Shown here piece by piece: positions 8,371 through 19,077 of a stretch of DNA of 64,000 nt. The translations under genes and the position numbers were made by a program. The stretch is from assembly GCA_964389675.1 (NCBI GenBank), contig CAYMEV010000004.1:1-64000 (forward strand), in the 5' to 3' direction. The stretch comes from an uncultured Candidatus Sumerlaeota bacterium. GTDB taxonomy: Bacteria > CAYMEV01. Position 1 is the first letter of the stretch, and each line of letters opens with the position of its first letter. Below the pieces are notes generated by a model, which was not told where the DNA came from, did no database searches, and saw only the letters and a program-made list of their open reading frames with translations.

Positions 8371-9828
8371 ATGGGTATTAAATGTCTGAAATGTAATAAT
8401 AATATTGATGAGGGGGTCTATTTAAATAACCAGTGCTGCATATCCACCCTCCGGGATCATTATGGCCAGGTATTCCAAAAGGATAAGAGGGATATTCTTG
8501 CCAAAGCACTCTCCGGCAGGTACAAAATTATAGACCCCTTTTTTGATGATCTGCTGGCATCACACTTTATCTGCAAAGAGGCTGATCCGGGGAAGCCATA
8601 CCTGGCTGTTGACATAAATCCCTCAATCATTGAAAATATCGAATCAGGATTGATTCTGCTGTCAGATTTTGCTCATTACCTTTCCAGATTGGGAGATGAT
8701 TTCCTCAGGTATAAAGGCTATATCATACGTGACAGCCATATCATATTCATTTTTGATTTTCCTGAAAACGGCAGATCATATCTGGAAATATTACCGGAAG
8801 GAAATGATATCTCATCTGCAAACCGTATTTTATCAAAAGCTCTCAGGGCTATCTCTCAATCAGCTATTGTGATGCCCGATCAGATGATTGCCTTTGAGAT
8901 ATTAAACCCCAAAAGGATAATTACAACCCCTGATCAATCCGTATTATTCCTGTTCCCGTTAATAAACCGGAAATTTCTCCAATATGCCCAGTATGATGAT
9001 TTATCTTATCAGCTGAATATATTTGAAAAATTTATGGAGATCAATCCATCATTTACCAGAAACCGCAATAACCTTCTGGAGATCTTCAATATAGGCTGGA
9101 ACCTTTACCATATCATTACTGGAAAACCGCCAGAATTTGACCGCATAATTGAATCAAAGGATTCATTTCCTTTAAGGCCATCGAAAATTAACGGTGAATG
9201 CACTGACTATCTTGAAGAGATTGTTTTAAGAAGCCTTTTTTACCCGAACGGGATACCTTTTTCAAATATAAGCGAAATATATTCCTTTCTTTCAAAAATA
9301 TACAAATTCAGAACAAAAGCCAGGGCAACTCTTGATAATACCGATGCATTAATAATGCTTGCCAGGTATTATGAGGAGGTTTCCCAGCTGAGTCCGAAGA
9401 AGAACAGATGGATAGGGCTCGCATATGACATTTATCAGAACTTATCCAAAAGGGAGCCGGAGAATCTTGACTATATATACCAGAAAGCAAATATAATGTT
9501 CAAGACAAAAAAATACACCTATGCGAAAAGCCTGGTCAAGACTGTTTTATCAAAAGACCCTGATAATGTGCAGGCAATATTGCTTCTGGGATATATATAT
9601 CTTGACGGTTTTGGCGACTTTGAAAATTCAATGCTCAGCTATGAAAGGGCTGAATCCATTCTACAAAAGACCCCGACAGCAATCCTGATGCTAAAAGGGG
9701 ATATCCTCTTCAGGATGGGCAATCTGAAGGAAGCAAGGGATGTGTTCATGCATATAGCTGAATCAAAGGATACAAACCCTGTACTGATAAAAAGGGCAAA
9801 ACACAGGTTATCAAATATTTTTTCCTGA
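8371..9828 (+). CDS. Degenerate Ser/Thr protein kinase-like domain with C-terminal TPR repeats (pseudokinase)
   Basis: Kinase-like segments GRYKII, LNPKRII, IFNIGWNLYHIITGKPP and PSKIN..LEEIVLRSL. GxGxxG, HRD and DFG are absent. TPR-like helices in the last ~160 aa. Confidence 0.65.
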   Translation: MGIKCLKCNNNIDEGVYLNNQCCISTLRDHYGQVFQKDKRDILAKALSGRYKIIDPFFDDLLASHFICKEADPGKPYLAVDINPSIIENIESGLILLSDFAHYLSRLGDDFLRYKGYIIRDSHIIFIFDFPENGRSYLEILPEGNDISSANRILSKALRAISQSAIVMPDQMIAFEILNPKRIITTPDQSVLFLFPLINRKFLQYAQYDDLSYQLNIFEKFMEINPSFTRNRNNLLEIFNIGWNLYHIITGKPPEFDRIIESKDSFPLRPSKINGECTDYLEEIVLRSLFYPNGIPFSNISEIYSFLSKIYKFRTKARATLDNTDALIMLARYYEEVSQLSPKKNRWIGLAYDIYQNLSKREPENLDYIYQKANIMFKTKKYTYAKSLVKTVLSKDPDNVQAILLLGYIYLDGFGDFENSMLSYERAESILQKTPTAILMLKGDILFRMGNLKEARDVFMHIAESKDTNPVLIKRAKHRLSNIFS

Positions 9829-9838
9829 CATGATATTG

Positions 9839-10390
9839 CTAAGGAATATTCGCAATAACCTTTTCGTCATAAAATGTATATGTATCCGTCACAGGTGAGA
9901 AAAGATGGTCTTCCTCTATCTGATAAATATATATAAAAAGCTTATTCTTAAAACTATTTTGTACAATTAGCGGGTTATATGCGGGATCCAGAAGATTTCT
10001 GTCAATAAATATTGCTTTTTTGTAATAATAGTAGGCTGTATTGTTTTTATTCAGTTTCTGATTGAGATAGCCTATGTAATAAAAGGCAAATGCGTTTGAA
10101 GTGTCAATTCTGACAGCTCTTTTAAAGCATTTCAATGAATCCCGGTAGTCGCCAATTTTGAGATATAGTTTGCCCAGAAGTATATTTGCCTCCACATATT
10201 CTCCGTCATCTGAAGGTACATTTTCAAGAACCGAAACAGCCTCATTTATTTTACCCTCATTATAAAATTCTCTTGCTTTTTGCATAACCTGTGCATATTC
10301 ACGAGACTGCTCCTCCTGAACTGATGAACAGGATAAAAGAAAGATCAGAAATATCAGCAAGAGGCTCTGAACAATATTGCTTTTCAACAT
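9839..10390 (-). CDS. TPR-repeat lipoprotein
   Basis: Signal peptide with lipobox LLSC followed by TPR-like repeats. Confidence 0.8.
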   Translation of the reverse strand: MLKSNIVQSLLLIFLIFLLSCSSVQEEQSREYAQVMQKAREFYNEGKINEAVSVLENVPSDDGEYVEANILLGKLYLKIGDYRDSLKCFKRAVRIDTSNAFAFYYIGYLNQKLNKNNTAYYYYKKAIFIDRNLLDPAYNPLIVQNSFKNKLFIYIYQIEEDHLFSPVTDTYTFYDEKVIANIP

Positions 10391-10404
10391 AATGCTTCTC
10401 CCTA

Positions 10405-10983
10405 CTATTTTTTTATTTTCGCTTTCAGGGCAGGTTTTCCGTTCTCTATCTTGATTATAAAATCTATTGACCTTGCATTGGTTTTGGACTTTATTGAATT
10501 TTCAAGCTTCTGGAGATAATCTTTGAATCTTTTATAGTCAGCAACTGCTTTACCAATTTTTTCATTCTCTGATTTGAATGATCTGTAGAGCTCCTTAAGC
10601 TTTTCTTCCCTGTCTGATTCTGATCCTTTATGCTGAGCTTCTTTTTCCATAGGCTTCTTATCCGGCCTTGGGGCTTTTTTATGCTTTACCTCACTGTATT
10701 CGGCCTTTGTCCCTCTGATAAAGCCCAGTTCTTTCTCATCGCATATCTTTTCCCATTTTTCCACTAGCATATTGAATCTCTGAAGCAGATTTGTTTTTTT
10801 ATAGTTGCATATGCTGGTCTGGTAGTTTTCATTCCTGAGCCTGCTGTAAAGCTTTTCAAGCTCTTTTCGTTTAATCAGTGGAGCTTTTGAATCCCTGTTG
10901 ACCTTATATACAAGATATAATGCATCTACCTCTCTTAACAGCCTTTCAAAGCTTTTCAGCAAATTTTCATCATCCATGATCAA
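10405..10983 (-). CDS. Conserved hypothetical protein, MXAN_5187 C-terminal-domain-like
   Basis: C-terminus KLKELYRSF...IDFIIKIENGKPALKAK resembles this family as recalled. Start overlaps the prmC stop. Confidence 0.6.
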   Translation of the reverse strand: MIMDDENLLKSFERLLREVDALYLVYKVNRDSKAPLIKRKELEKLYSRLRNENYQTSICNYKKTNLLQRFNMLVEKWEKICDEKELGFIRGTKAEYSEVKHKKAPRPDKKPMEKEAQHKGSESDREEKLKELYRSFKSENEKIGKAVADYKRFKDYLQKLENSIKSKTNARSIDFIIKIENGKPALKAKIKK

Positions 10984-11867
10984 TCCCGCTTCCTTACAAT
11001 AAATCCCTGTATATTATTGCCATAGTCAGTTATCTTATCATAGAATTCCAGATATGTAAATCTTTTTAGATTTTCCAGTGCATTATCGAACTGCTTATAT
11101 GGAAATTCAAGCACCATAAATCCCCCGGTTATCAGATTTGTTTCTGCAATGGAGAAAAGAAATGGTATGAAGCTGCAGCCGTCAACCCCCCCGTAAAGGG
11201 CCTGGGGCTTTTCATAAAGCCTTATCTGAGGGCTTAACAGATCCATATCATAAGCTGAAATATAGGGAGGATTTGATATAATCAGTGAAAATTTTGATTC
11301 AGCCCTGAACGGCATCATTTTTATATCTGCTTTTATAACTCCTATATCATCTTTTTCTGTTCTCTTAAGATTGATAACAGAATTCTTTATGGCAACCTCA
11401 TCTTTATCAGCCATTAGTACAATGCTGTCCGGGAAAAGGCTCTTTATTGATATTCCAATATTGCCACTCCCGGAACATAGGTCTAATATGAATAAATCCT
11501 GATAATTCAAGTCTGCTATCAGTTGCTTTGATATTTCTATCAGTGATTCTGTCTCCGGGCGCGGAATAAGGACCCCTTTCAATATGCTCAGGGCAATGGA
11601 GTAAAACTCCTTTTCACCAATTATATAAGCAACAGGCTCATAATTCAGGCGCCTTCTGACAAACTCGCGCATTCTTTTTCTCTCAAGCCTGCTCAATGGT
11701 CTGTCCATATTCAGGTAGAGATAGACCCTGTCATTTTCAATAGCTTTTGAAAGGAGGACTTCGGCATCAAGCCGTGGCGTCAATATGCCTTTGCTGGCAA
11801 AGCTTTCCTTTGTCCATTTCAGGATTTTCCTTATTGTCCATAGTTGCTGGCTTCCATGGATTTCCAT
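10980..11867 (-). CDS. prmC: Release factor glutamine methyltransferase
   Basis: EPVAYIIG, LIPRPETE, DLCSGSG, SNPPY; downstream of prfA. Confidence 0.96.
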   Translation of the reverse strand: MEIHGSQQLWTIRKILKWTKESFASKGILTPRLDAEVLLSKAIENDRVYLYLNMDRPLSRLERKRMREFVRRRLNYEPVAYIIGEKEFYSIALSILKGVLIPRPETESLIEISKQLIADLNYQDLFILDLCSGSGNIGISIKSLFPDSIVLMADKDEVAIKNSVINLKRTEKDDIGVIKADIKMMPFRAESKFSLIISNPPYISAYDMDLLSPQIRLYEKPQALYGGVDGCSFIPFLFSIAETNLITGGFMVLEFPYKQFDNALENLKRFTYLEFYDKITDYGNNIQGFIVRKRD

Positions 11868-11893
11868 AGTAATTTATTCAGATTTCATGCTTT

Positions 11894-12955
11894 TTACTGC
11901 ACTTTAAGTATCTGTTTTTTTTCTTCTGTCCGCAGGCTGTTCACTATCTCTTCCATATCTCCCTCCAGGATCTCTGTCAGCCTGTAAAGAGTAAGGTTTA
12001 TCCTGTGATCCGTTACACGGTTTTGAGGAAAGTTATAGGTTCTGATCCTTTCACTCCTGTCACCGGTGCCGACCATCTGTTTCCTCTTGCTTGCAATGGA
12101 TTGCTCCTGCCTTTCCTTTTCCTGCTGGAGGATCCTTGCATATAATACCTTCATTGCCTTTGCTTTATTCTTATGCTGTGATTTTTCATCCTGACAGCTT
12201 ACAACGATGTTTGTTGGTATGTGAGTTATTCTAACCGCGCTGTCAGTTGTATTCACACTCTGCCCTCCAGGGCCTGTTGCCCTGAAAACATCTATCCTAA
12301 GATCCCTGGGGTCTATATCTACATCAACCTCATCTGCTTCCGGAAGGACAGCAACAGTAACAGCTGATGTATGTATCCTGCCCTGAGCCTCCGTCTCCGG
12401 AACCCTCTGAACCCTGTGAACCCCTGATTCATATTTCAGGACCCTGAATGCATTCTTGCCGGAAACCAGGAGGATTATTTCCTTGAATCCCCCAACTCCT
12501 GTAGGATGTGACCCTAATACCTCAAGTCTGTATCTGAGGTTTTCTAAAAATTTTGTATACATTTTATACAGGTCTGAAACAAACAGGCTTGCTTCATCAC
12601 CGCCTGTCCCTGCTCTTATTTCCAGGATGCAGTTCTTTTCATCATCAGGATCCTTTGGAATAAAATATTCATTAATCTCTTCCTCAAGATCCTCTGATAT
12701 CCCTTCGAGTTTTTGTATCTCTATCCGGGCTTCCTCGGCAAACTTTTCGCTTTCTTCTTCAGCCATTGCTTCAAGATCTTCAATCTCCTGCTTTATCTCA
12801 CGGTACCTGTTGTATTTCTCTATAACAGACAGTTTATCCTTGAGCTCCTTATTAAGGTTTGCATATTCTTTTTGATTAGCAGATATGCTTATGCTTGAAA
12901 GCCTGTTTTCAATCTCTTCCTTTTCTTTAATAACTCTGTTAATCTTATCAATCAT
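11894..12955 (-). CDS. prfA: Peptide chain release factor 1
   Basis: [17 protein letters not shown] (PxT motif), [17 protein letters not shown]. Confidence 0.98.
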   Translation of the reverse strand: MIDKINRVIKEKEEIENRLSSISISANQKEYANLNKELKDKLSVIEKYNRYREIKQEIEDLEAMAEEESEKFAEEARIEIQKLEGISEDLEEEINEYFIPKDPDDEKNCILEIRAGTGGDEASLFVSDLYKMYTKFLENLRYRLEVLGSHPTGVGGFKEIILLVSGKNAFRVLKYESGVHRVQRVPETEAQGRIHTSAVTVAVLPEADEVDVDIDPRDLRIDVFRATGPGGQSVNTTDSAVRITHIPTNIVVSCQDEKSQHKNKAKAMKVLYARILQQEKERQEQSIASKRKQMVGTGDRSERIRTYNFPQNRVTDHRINLTLYRLTEILEGDMEEIVNSLRTEEKKQILKVQ

Positions 12956-13039
12956 AAATTATCAAAACCTTGCTGTATAGTGCATAGAATCCCCTCTGAA
13001 TATCAGGGATAAAATTGGACCTGGATAACAGGAGTCTTT

Positions 13040-13351
13040 TCAGCTCTTATTTTCCTGGATCTTGGTAATATAATCACCATACTTCTTGATGAATTTATCA
13101 ATTCTTCCAGCAGTATCAACAAGCTTTTGCTGTCCTGTATAGAAGGGGTGACACTTGGAACAGATTTCTATCCTTATGTTCTTTTTTGTGCTTTTTGTCT
13201 TGATTTCATTGCCGCAGGCACATTTAATTACTGTATCATAAACTTCAGGATGTATGCTCTCTTTTTTCTTTCCTTTTGGGCTCTTTTCCTTGACAGATTG
13301 CTGATCCTGCTCCTTTTTCTTTTTCTGGTTAGCTTTTTTCTCGTCCGCCAT
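13040..13351 (-). CDS. rpmE: 50S ribosomal protein L31 (Zn-binding type) with N-terminal extension
   Basis: [34 protein letters not shown] 5 nt before the ATG. Confidence 0.96.
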   Translation of the reverse strand: MADEKKANQKKKKEQDQQSVKEKSPKGKKKESIHPEVYDTVIKCACGNEIKTKSTKKNIRIEICSKCHPFYTGQQKLVDTAGRIDKFIKKYGDYITKIQENKS

Positions 13352-13417
13352 GACTTCCTCCGCTTAATAAAAATTTGGGATATGGTAATAAAAAAGAAAA
13401 ATTTGTAAACAAAATTA

Positions 13418-14674
13418 TTAAGAATTCATTGATTTTAAAAATTCGCTATTATTCTGAGTATCTTGAAGCTTCTCTAAAAGTAGTGTCATTGAATCGATCT
13501 CTGTCATCTGGCTTAGCACTTTTCTTAACAGCCATATTCTGTTCAGTTCGAATTTGGTGAAAAGAAGCTCTTCCTTTCTGGTTCCGGATCTTGTTATGTC
13601 AATCGCGGGAAAGATTCTTCTATCCACAAGCTTTCTGTCAAGAATGATCTCAAGATTGCCTGTACCCTTGAACTCCTCGAATATTACCTCATCCATCCTG
13701 CTCCCTGTATCAATCAAAGCTGTAGAGATAATGGTCAGGCTTCCTCCCTCTTCGATATTCCTTGCTGCTCCAAAGAACCTCTTAGGCCTGTGAAGTGCAT
13801 TTGCGTCCACTCCCCCTGATAGTACCTTCCCGCTTGGCGGCAGGATTGTATTATTTGCCCTTGCAAGCCTGGTCAGGCTGTCCAGCAGTATTACGACATC
13901 CCTTTTATGTTCTACCAGCCTTTTCGCCTTGTCGAGAACGATATCAGCAACTGCTACATGCCTTTTGGGCTCTTCGTCAAAGGTAGATGCTATCACCTCT
14001 GCATCTACATGCCTTCGCATATCGGTAACCTCCTCAGGCCTTTCGTCTATAAGCAATACAATGAGATATATCTCAGGATGGTTAGTAGTTATGGAATTTG
14101 CAATGCTTTGAAGAAGCATGGTCTTCCCTGTCCTCGGGGGTGCGACAATAAGGCCTCTCTGCCCCTTTCCAATGGGAGTTAGAAGGTCCATGATCCTGCC
14201 TGAATAGTTTTCCTTATTTGTCTCAAGAATAATCTTTTCTGTGGGAAATTGAGGAGTAAGATTGTCAAAATACATCTTTTCCTTAATTGCCATTGGCGAA
14301 TCATAGTTTATTGTCTCCACTTTCAGCAGGGCGAAATATCTCTCTCCATCTTTGGGAGGCCTTACCTGACCGGTAATCGTGTCGCCTGTCCTAAGGCTGA
14401 ATTTCCTTATCTGTGATGGTGAAAGATAAATATCATCCGGGCCCGGCTGGTAACTGTAGTCAGGTGACCTTAAGAACCCAAAGCCATCATTGAGCACTTC
14501 CAGAACACCTGAAGAATATATTGTGCCCTTCTTCTCAGCATGGGATTGAAGCGCTTTGAAAATCAGTTCCTGTTTTCTTAAATTATTTGCATCATCAATA
14601 TTCAGTGTCTTGGCCAATGCAAGAAGGTCTTGAATATGCATTTTTTTAAGGTCGGAAATATTAAGTGCATCCAT
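13418..14674 (-). CDS. rho: Transcription termination factor Rho
   Basis: [33 protein letters not shown]. Confidence 0.98.
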   Translation of the reverse strand: MDALNISDLKKMHIQDLLALAKTLNIDDANNLRKQELIFKALQSHAEKKGTIYSSGVLEVLNDGFGFLRSPDYSYQPGPDDIYLSPSQIRKFSLRTGDTITGQVRPPKDGERYFALLKVETINYDSPMAIKEKMYFDNLTPQFPTEKIILETNKENYSGRIMDLLTPIGKGQRGLIVAPPRTGKTMLLQSIANSITTNHPEIYLIVLLIDERPEEVTDMRRHVDAEVIASTFDEEPKRHVAVADIVLDKAKRLVEHKRDVVILLDSLTRLARANNTILPPSGKVLSGGVDANALHRPKRFFGAARNIEEGGSLTIISTALIDTGSRMDEVIFEEFKGTGNLEIILDRKLVDRRIFPAIDITRSGTRKEELLFTKFELNRIWLLRKVLSQMTEIDSMTLLLEKLQDTQNNSEFLKSMNS

Positions 14675-14866
14675 AAAATACTAACTCCTTGAGAAAATAA
14701 CATTTTGAATTAATAAAATAAATAAGCTAATTATAAATGGCATACCCAACATCAGGGGTGGCTAATAGATTTGTGTATTATGTATTATTATACAAAGTAC
14801 TGTTATATGTTCAGTCAATAATACAATTATAAATTTTGTCAATAAAAATATATAATATTATTCTTT

Positions 14867-16849
14867 TCACAGCATGAATGCTTCTTTTATCCTGTTTATC
14901 TCATCCCTGATCCTGGCAGCTTCTTCAAACTGCAGTTTGCCTGCCTTCTGATGCATCAGCTTCGTTAACCTTTTTATTGTTTTTTCAAGGGAATCCTGGT
15001 CAAGCTGCTCTGCTTCATCAGGGATTTTCAGGTAATCAGCTTCATAGACGCTGTCCAGCAGCTCTGTAATGTTCTTTGTAATGCTTTCAGGGGTTATATT
15101 GTTCTTTTTATTATACTCAATCTGGTACTGCCTTTTCCTGTCTGTCTTTTTTATGGCATTCTCCATAGCTGGCGTAATTGTCTCTGCATAGAAGATAGCC
15201 CTGGCATTTATATTCCTTGCACATCTCCCTATTGTCTGAATCAGCGCACTTTCTGACCTGAGAAATCCTGTTTTATCAGCATCGAATACAGCTACTACTG
15301 ATACTTCAGGAATGTCCAGGCCCTCCCTTAGAAGATTGACACCAACAATACAGTCATACTCACCTCTTCTCAGCTTGGTTATTATTTTATACCTGTCGAG
15401 GGTATCAATCTCTGAATGAAGATAGAATGCCTTTATCTTATTCTCCTGAAGATATTTTGCAAGATCCTCAGACATTCGTTTTGTAAGAGTTGTAATGAGA
15501 ACCCTCTCATTTCTTTTGACAGCATTATCAATTTCAGAAAGGATATCATCAACCTGATACCTTGAATCCCTGACTTCTATAGGTGGATCGATCAGCCCTG
15601 TCGGCCTTACGATCTGTTCAACAACCCTTCCTTCTGCAAGAGATATCTCATATTCTGAAGGGGTTGCACTTACATAAACCTTATTATATCTGTATGACAT
15701 AAATTCCTCAAAACTCAGAGGACGGTTATCCAGGGCGGTCGGTAGCCTGAACCCGTACTCTATAAGCGATCTTTTTCTTGATAAATCCCCCTGATGCATC
15801 CCCCTCAGCTGGGGCAGCGTAACATGGCTTTCATCAATAAATATGACTGTGTCAGAAGGAAGATAGTCCAGAAAGCAATATGGCTTTGTGTTGGGTTCCC
15901 TGTCTGAAAGGTAGATCGAATAATTCTCAATCCCTTTGCAGAATCCGATCTCTTTTATTGCCTCAAGATCGGACATTGTCCTCTCATATATTCGCTGGGC
16001 TTCAATAAATCGCTTGTTTGTTTCAAATTCCTTGACCCTGTCGTTAAGGTCGTCCTTTATTCTTTTTACGGCTGTCTCTATTACTCTTTTCGGTGCAATA
16101 TAATGGTTATTCGGGGCAATGTGGACATATTCAAGGTCTCTTTGGGTCTTTCCTGAAAGGGCGTCTATAATGGTGAGCCTCTCAACTCTGTCATCGTTAA
16201 GCATAATCCTGACAGGATTTTCATAACCCGGGGCAAATATGTCAATCCGGTCGCCCCTGACTCTGAATTGCCCCCAGCTTATATAAAAATCAGACCTTTC
16301 ATATTTTATTGATACCAGTTTTGATACTATAGCCTTCCTGCTTGATCTGTCCCCTTTTGCCAGAAGCAGATGAAGGTCCCTGTAAAAGGAAGGTGACCCA
16401 AGGCTGTATATGCACGAGACACTTGCAACAACTATTGTATCCTGCCTTGTCAATATAGAATGGGTTGCATTGTGTCTAAGCCTTTCAATATCCGAGTTTA
16501 TCGCACTGTCCTTTTCAATATATGTATCAGTTGAGGGAAGATATGCTTCAGGCTGGTAATAATCATAATATGATACAAAATATTCAACCCTGTTTTCTGG
16601 AAATAGCTGCTTAAACTCCTGGTAAAGCTGAGCGGCAAGTGTTTTATTATGACTGATTATCAATGCAGGCCTTTTGACTTCATTTATGACATTTGCCATG
16701 GTAAATGTCTTGCCGGAACCTGTTACACCCAGAAGAACCGTGTGCTCATTCCCATCATTGATCGACCTCATAATGCTTTCGACTGCCCGGGGCTGATCAC
16801 CCTTAAGCTCGTATTCGGATCTGATATTAAAACTGTTTTCCTCTTTCAT
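14867..16849 (-). CDS. uvrB: Excinuclease ABC subunit B
   Basis: GVTGSGKT, YYDYYQPEAY, DESH, and a C-terminal UVR motif FEEAARIRDEI. Confidence 0.98.
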   Translation of the reverse strand: MKEENSFNIRSEYELKGDQPRAVESIMRSINDGNEHTVLLGVTGSGKTFTMANVINEVKRPALIISHNKTLAAQLYQEFKQLFPENRVEYFVSYYDYYQPEAYLPSTDTYIEKDSAINSDIERLRHNATHSILTRQDTIVVASVSCIYSLGSPSFYRDLHLLLAKGDRSSRKAIVSKLVSIKYERSDFYISWGQFRVRGDRIDIFAPGYENPVRIMLNDDRVERLTIIDALSGKTQRDLEYVHIAPNNHYIAPKRVIETAVKRIKDDLNDRVKEFETNKRFIEAQRIYERTMSDLEAIKEIGFCKGIENYSIYLSDREPNTKPYCFLDYLPSDTVIFIDESHVTLPQLRGMHQGDLSRKRSLIEYGFRLPTALDNRPLSFEEFMSYRYNKVYVSATPSEYEISLAEGRVVEQIVRPTGLIDPPIEVRDSRYQVDDILSEIDNAVKRNERVLITTLTKRMSEDLAKYLQENKIKAFYLHSEIDTLDRYKIITKLRRGEYDCIVGVNLLREGLDIPEVSVVAVFDADKTGFLRSESALIQTIGRCARNINARAIFYAETITPAMENAIKKTDRKRQYQIEYNKKNNITPESITKNITELLDSVYEADYLKIPDEAEQLDQDSLEKTIKRLTKLMHQKAGKLQFEEAARIRDEINRIKEAFML

Positions 16850-17628
16850 ATGCCTATCTTGTTAAATGAATGGTCAACATATACAGTCTCACCGCTGATA
16901 CCTCGTGACCACCTGCTTAGGAGCATTTTAGCTGAATCACCAATTTCCTGCGGATCAAGGTTTCGCTTAAAAACGCTTTTTTTCCTGAACATCTTTTTTA
17001 TCTTTTCAAAATTCGGAATTGAACTGGAAGACATTGTTTCGACAGGACCTGGTGATAAAGCATTTATCCTGATATTATATTTTCCGAGGTCATGGCTGAG
17101 ATACCTGACAATTGATTCAAGAGAGCTTTTTGCAATGCCCATCAGATTATATCCGGGGATCACTCTCTCCGCTCCAAGATAGCTGAGAGCAAGAATACTG
17201 CAGCCAGTCTTCTTAACAAATGGCACAAGGCATCTGGCCATCCTTATAAGGCTGTATGCACTTATCTCAAGTGCATTGGAGAAATCCTCCTTTGAAATAT
17301 TATAAACAGGTTCTTCAAATGTTTTTATCGGGGCAAATGCAATTGAATGGACAACAAAATCAATCTTCTTATATTTATCAGCTGCATATTTAAAAACAGC
17401 CTTAATCTGGTCTTCATCAGTAATATCACACATATATGTACTGAGCTTCTGATGCACTTTGTCATCCAGAGACAGCCTTTTAATATTCTTCTGTATCCTC
17501 TCATTCTGGTATGTCAAAAGCACATCTGCGCCTGATTCAAGGAGCGAACGGGTTATATGATAAGCTATTGAGAACCTGTTGGCAAATCCAAAAACAATAC
17601 CGCTGCTGCTACCAAGATAATTATCCAT
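16846..17628 (-). CDS. fabI: Enoyl-ACP reductase
   Basis: ANRFSIAY, HSIAFAP, ISAYSL, YNLMGIAK. Start at ATG 17628 after GGAGG. Confidence 0.92.
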   Translation of the reverse strand: MDNYLGSSSGIVFGFANRFSIAYHITRSLLESGADVLLTYQNERIQKNIKRLSLDDKVHQKLSTYMCDITDEDQIKAVFKYAADKYKKIDFVVHSIAFAPIKTFEEPVYNISKEDFSNALEISAYSLIRMARCLVPFVKKTGCSILALSYLGAERVIPGYNLMGIAKSSLESIVRYLSHDLGKYNIRINALSPGPVETMSSSSIPNFEKIKKMFRKKSVFKRNLDPQEIGDSAKMLLSRWSRGISGETVYVDHSFNKIGI

Positions 17629-17714
17629 GATCAAACCCTCCAAATTTTAAATTTCTCATTTTGAATAATCCATGTTAGAATATAAGCTATAAATATTACA
17701 TAAAGGGACAGGCA

Positions 17715-18419
17715 ATGGCAATATTATTATTATTCGATATAGATGGAACTCTGCTGAATAGTGCTGGCAGCGGAAGAAGAAGCCTCAAAGAAAGCATTAA
17801 TTCAGTTACAGGAATGAACTGTGAGAATGCAGTAAATTTCAGCTTCATGGGTAAAACTGACAGGTTTATCATTCAGTCCATACTAAAAAATCTCAATGTA
17901 TCAAACAGCGAAATATTAATAAAGAACATAAAGCAGGAATACTTCAAGAAGCTTAGATACAATATTGAAAATAATCATAAAAAGGCACAGATTCTGGGAA
18001 TTGAGAAATTCCTCAGGATCATCAATAGCAAAACTGGAATCAAGGTCGGGCTTCAGACCGGTAATTTCAGGCAGGGGGCTTTTATTAAGCTTCAAAGCCT
18101 TAAACTGGACGCATTCTTCAGGGTTGGAGGGTTTGGAGATGCATGCACTGAGCGGGTTGATGTGATCAGGCACGCCCTTGATGAATCAGCCTCCTTTTTC
18201 AATATGGATTTTTCCCCGGATGAAATTATTGTAATAGGCGATACACCTGCAGATATATATGCCGGTAAGGCTTTTAACACAAGGACTATTGCAGTATGTT
18301 CAAACCCCGGCATGCATAAGGGCCTGGTAGAGAGCAAACCCGATCTCCTGATAGAGGACTTCAGAAATCATGATCACCTCCTGGGCTTTATTAATAATGG
18401 AACAAAATTCATTAACTGA
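17715..18419 (+). CDS. HAD-superfamily hydrolase
   Basis: FDIDGTL, TGN, IGDTPAD. Confidence 0.9.
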   Translation: MAILLLFDIDGTLLNSAGSGRRSLKESINSVTGMNCENAVNFSFMGKTDRFIIQSILKNLNVSNSEILIKNIKQEYFKKLRYNIENNHKKAQILGIEKFLRIINSKTGIKVGLQTGNFRQGAFIKLQSLKLDAFFRVGGFGDACTERVDVIRHALDESASFFNMDFSPDEIIVIGDTPADIYAGKAFNTRTIAVCSNPGMHKGLVESKPDLLIEDFRNHDHLLGFINNGTKFIN

Positions 18420-18450
18420 TTGTATCTTTTCTAATGTAAAGGAGAATTAT

Positions 18451-19077
18451 ATGAATGAGAATGAACTGATCAGGCGCGTAAAACTGAAGGATGAAGAAGC
18501 ATATACGATACTGATTGACACTTATAAGAACCAGCTTTCCAATTTTATATACAGAATAGTCTGGGATGAAGAAATGACAAAGGATCTTGTTCAGGATACA
18601 TTCATCAAGGTTTTCCTGAATATAGATAAATATGAATATATCACGAAATTTAAGACATGGCTTTATACGATAGCAACAAACCTGTCCATAAACCAGTGGC
18701 GCAGAATGAAAAAGCGAAAAATATTATCAATTCAGGCGCTTGCTGAAAACCATATCAGCGCACCTGTTTCAGAAACAATATCAAAGCCTGCGGACGACTG
18801 CCCCCTGGACAGCCTTTTAGTCAAGGAAAGGAGACAGTTAATAAACAGAGCGCTTTCAACACTTAAACCCAAATACAAGATACCAATAATTCTTTTTGAT
18901 TTTGAGCAGCAGAGCTATGAATCAATATCGGAAATACTTCAGATTCCTGTCGGTACTGTAAAATCGAGGATACACAGGGCCAGGCTCCTGCTTAAGAAGA
19001 AACTGCAGCCATATATAGATTTTAATATAGAATATCATAAAGAGGATACAAAAAAGCAATGGATTGCAGCAAGATAG
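18451..19077 (+). CDS. ECF RNA polymerase sigma factor (RpoE/SigW-like)
   Basis: DLVQDTFIK, FKTWLYTIATN, SYESISEILQIPVGTVKSRIHRAR. Start at ATG 18451 after AGGAG. Confidence 0.93.
   Translation: MNENELIRRVKLKDEEAYTILIDTYKNQLSNFIYRIVWDEEMTKDLVQDTFIKVFLNIDKYEYITKFKTWLYTIATNLSINQWRRMKKRKILSIQALAENHISAPVSETISKPADDCPLDSLLVKERRQLINRALSTLKPKYKIPIILFDFEQQSYESISEILQIPVGTVKSRIHRARLLLKKKLQPYIDFNIEYHKEDTKKQWIAAR

Noticed and set aside
14675-14866. AT-rich rho leader as a possible ncRNA or attenuator
   Set aside because: Only a weak hairpin is visible, and the TTGACA/TTGACT and TATAAT-like boxes do not have canonical spacing. I recognised no RNA family.
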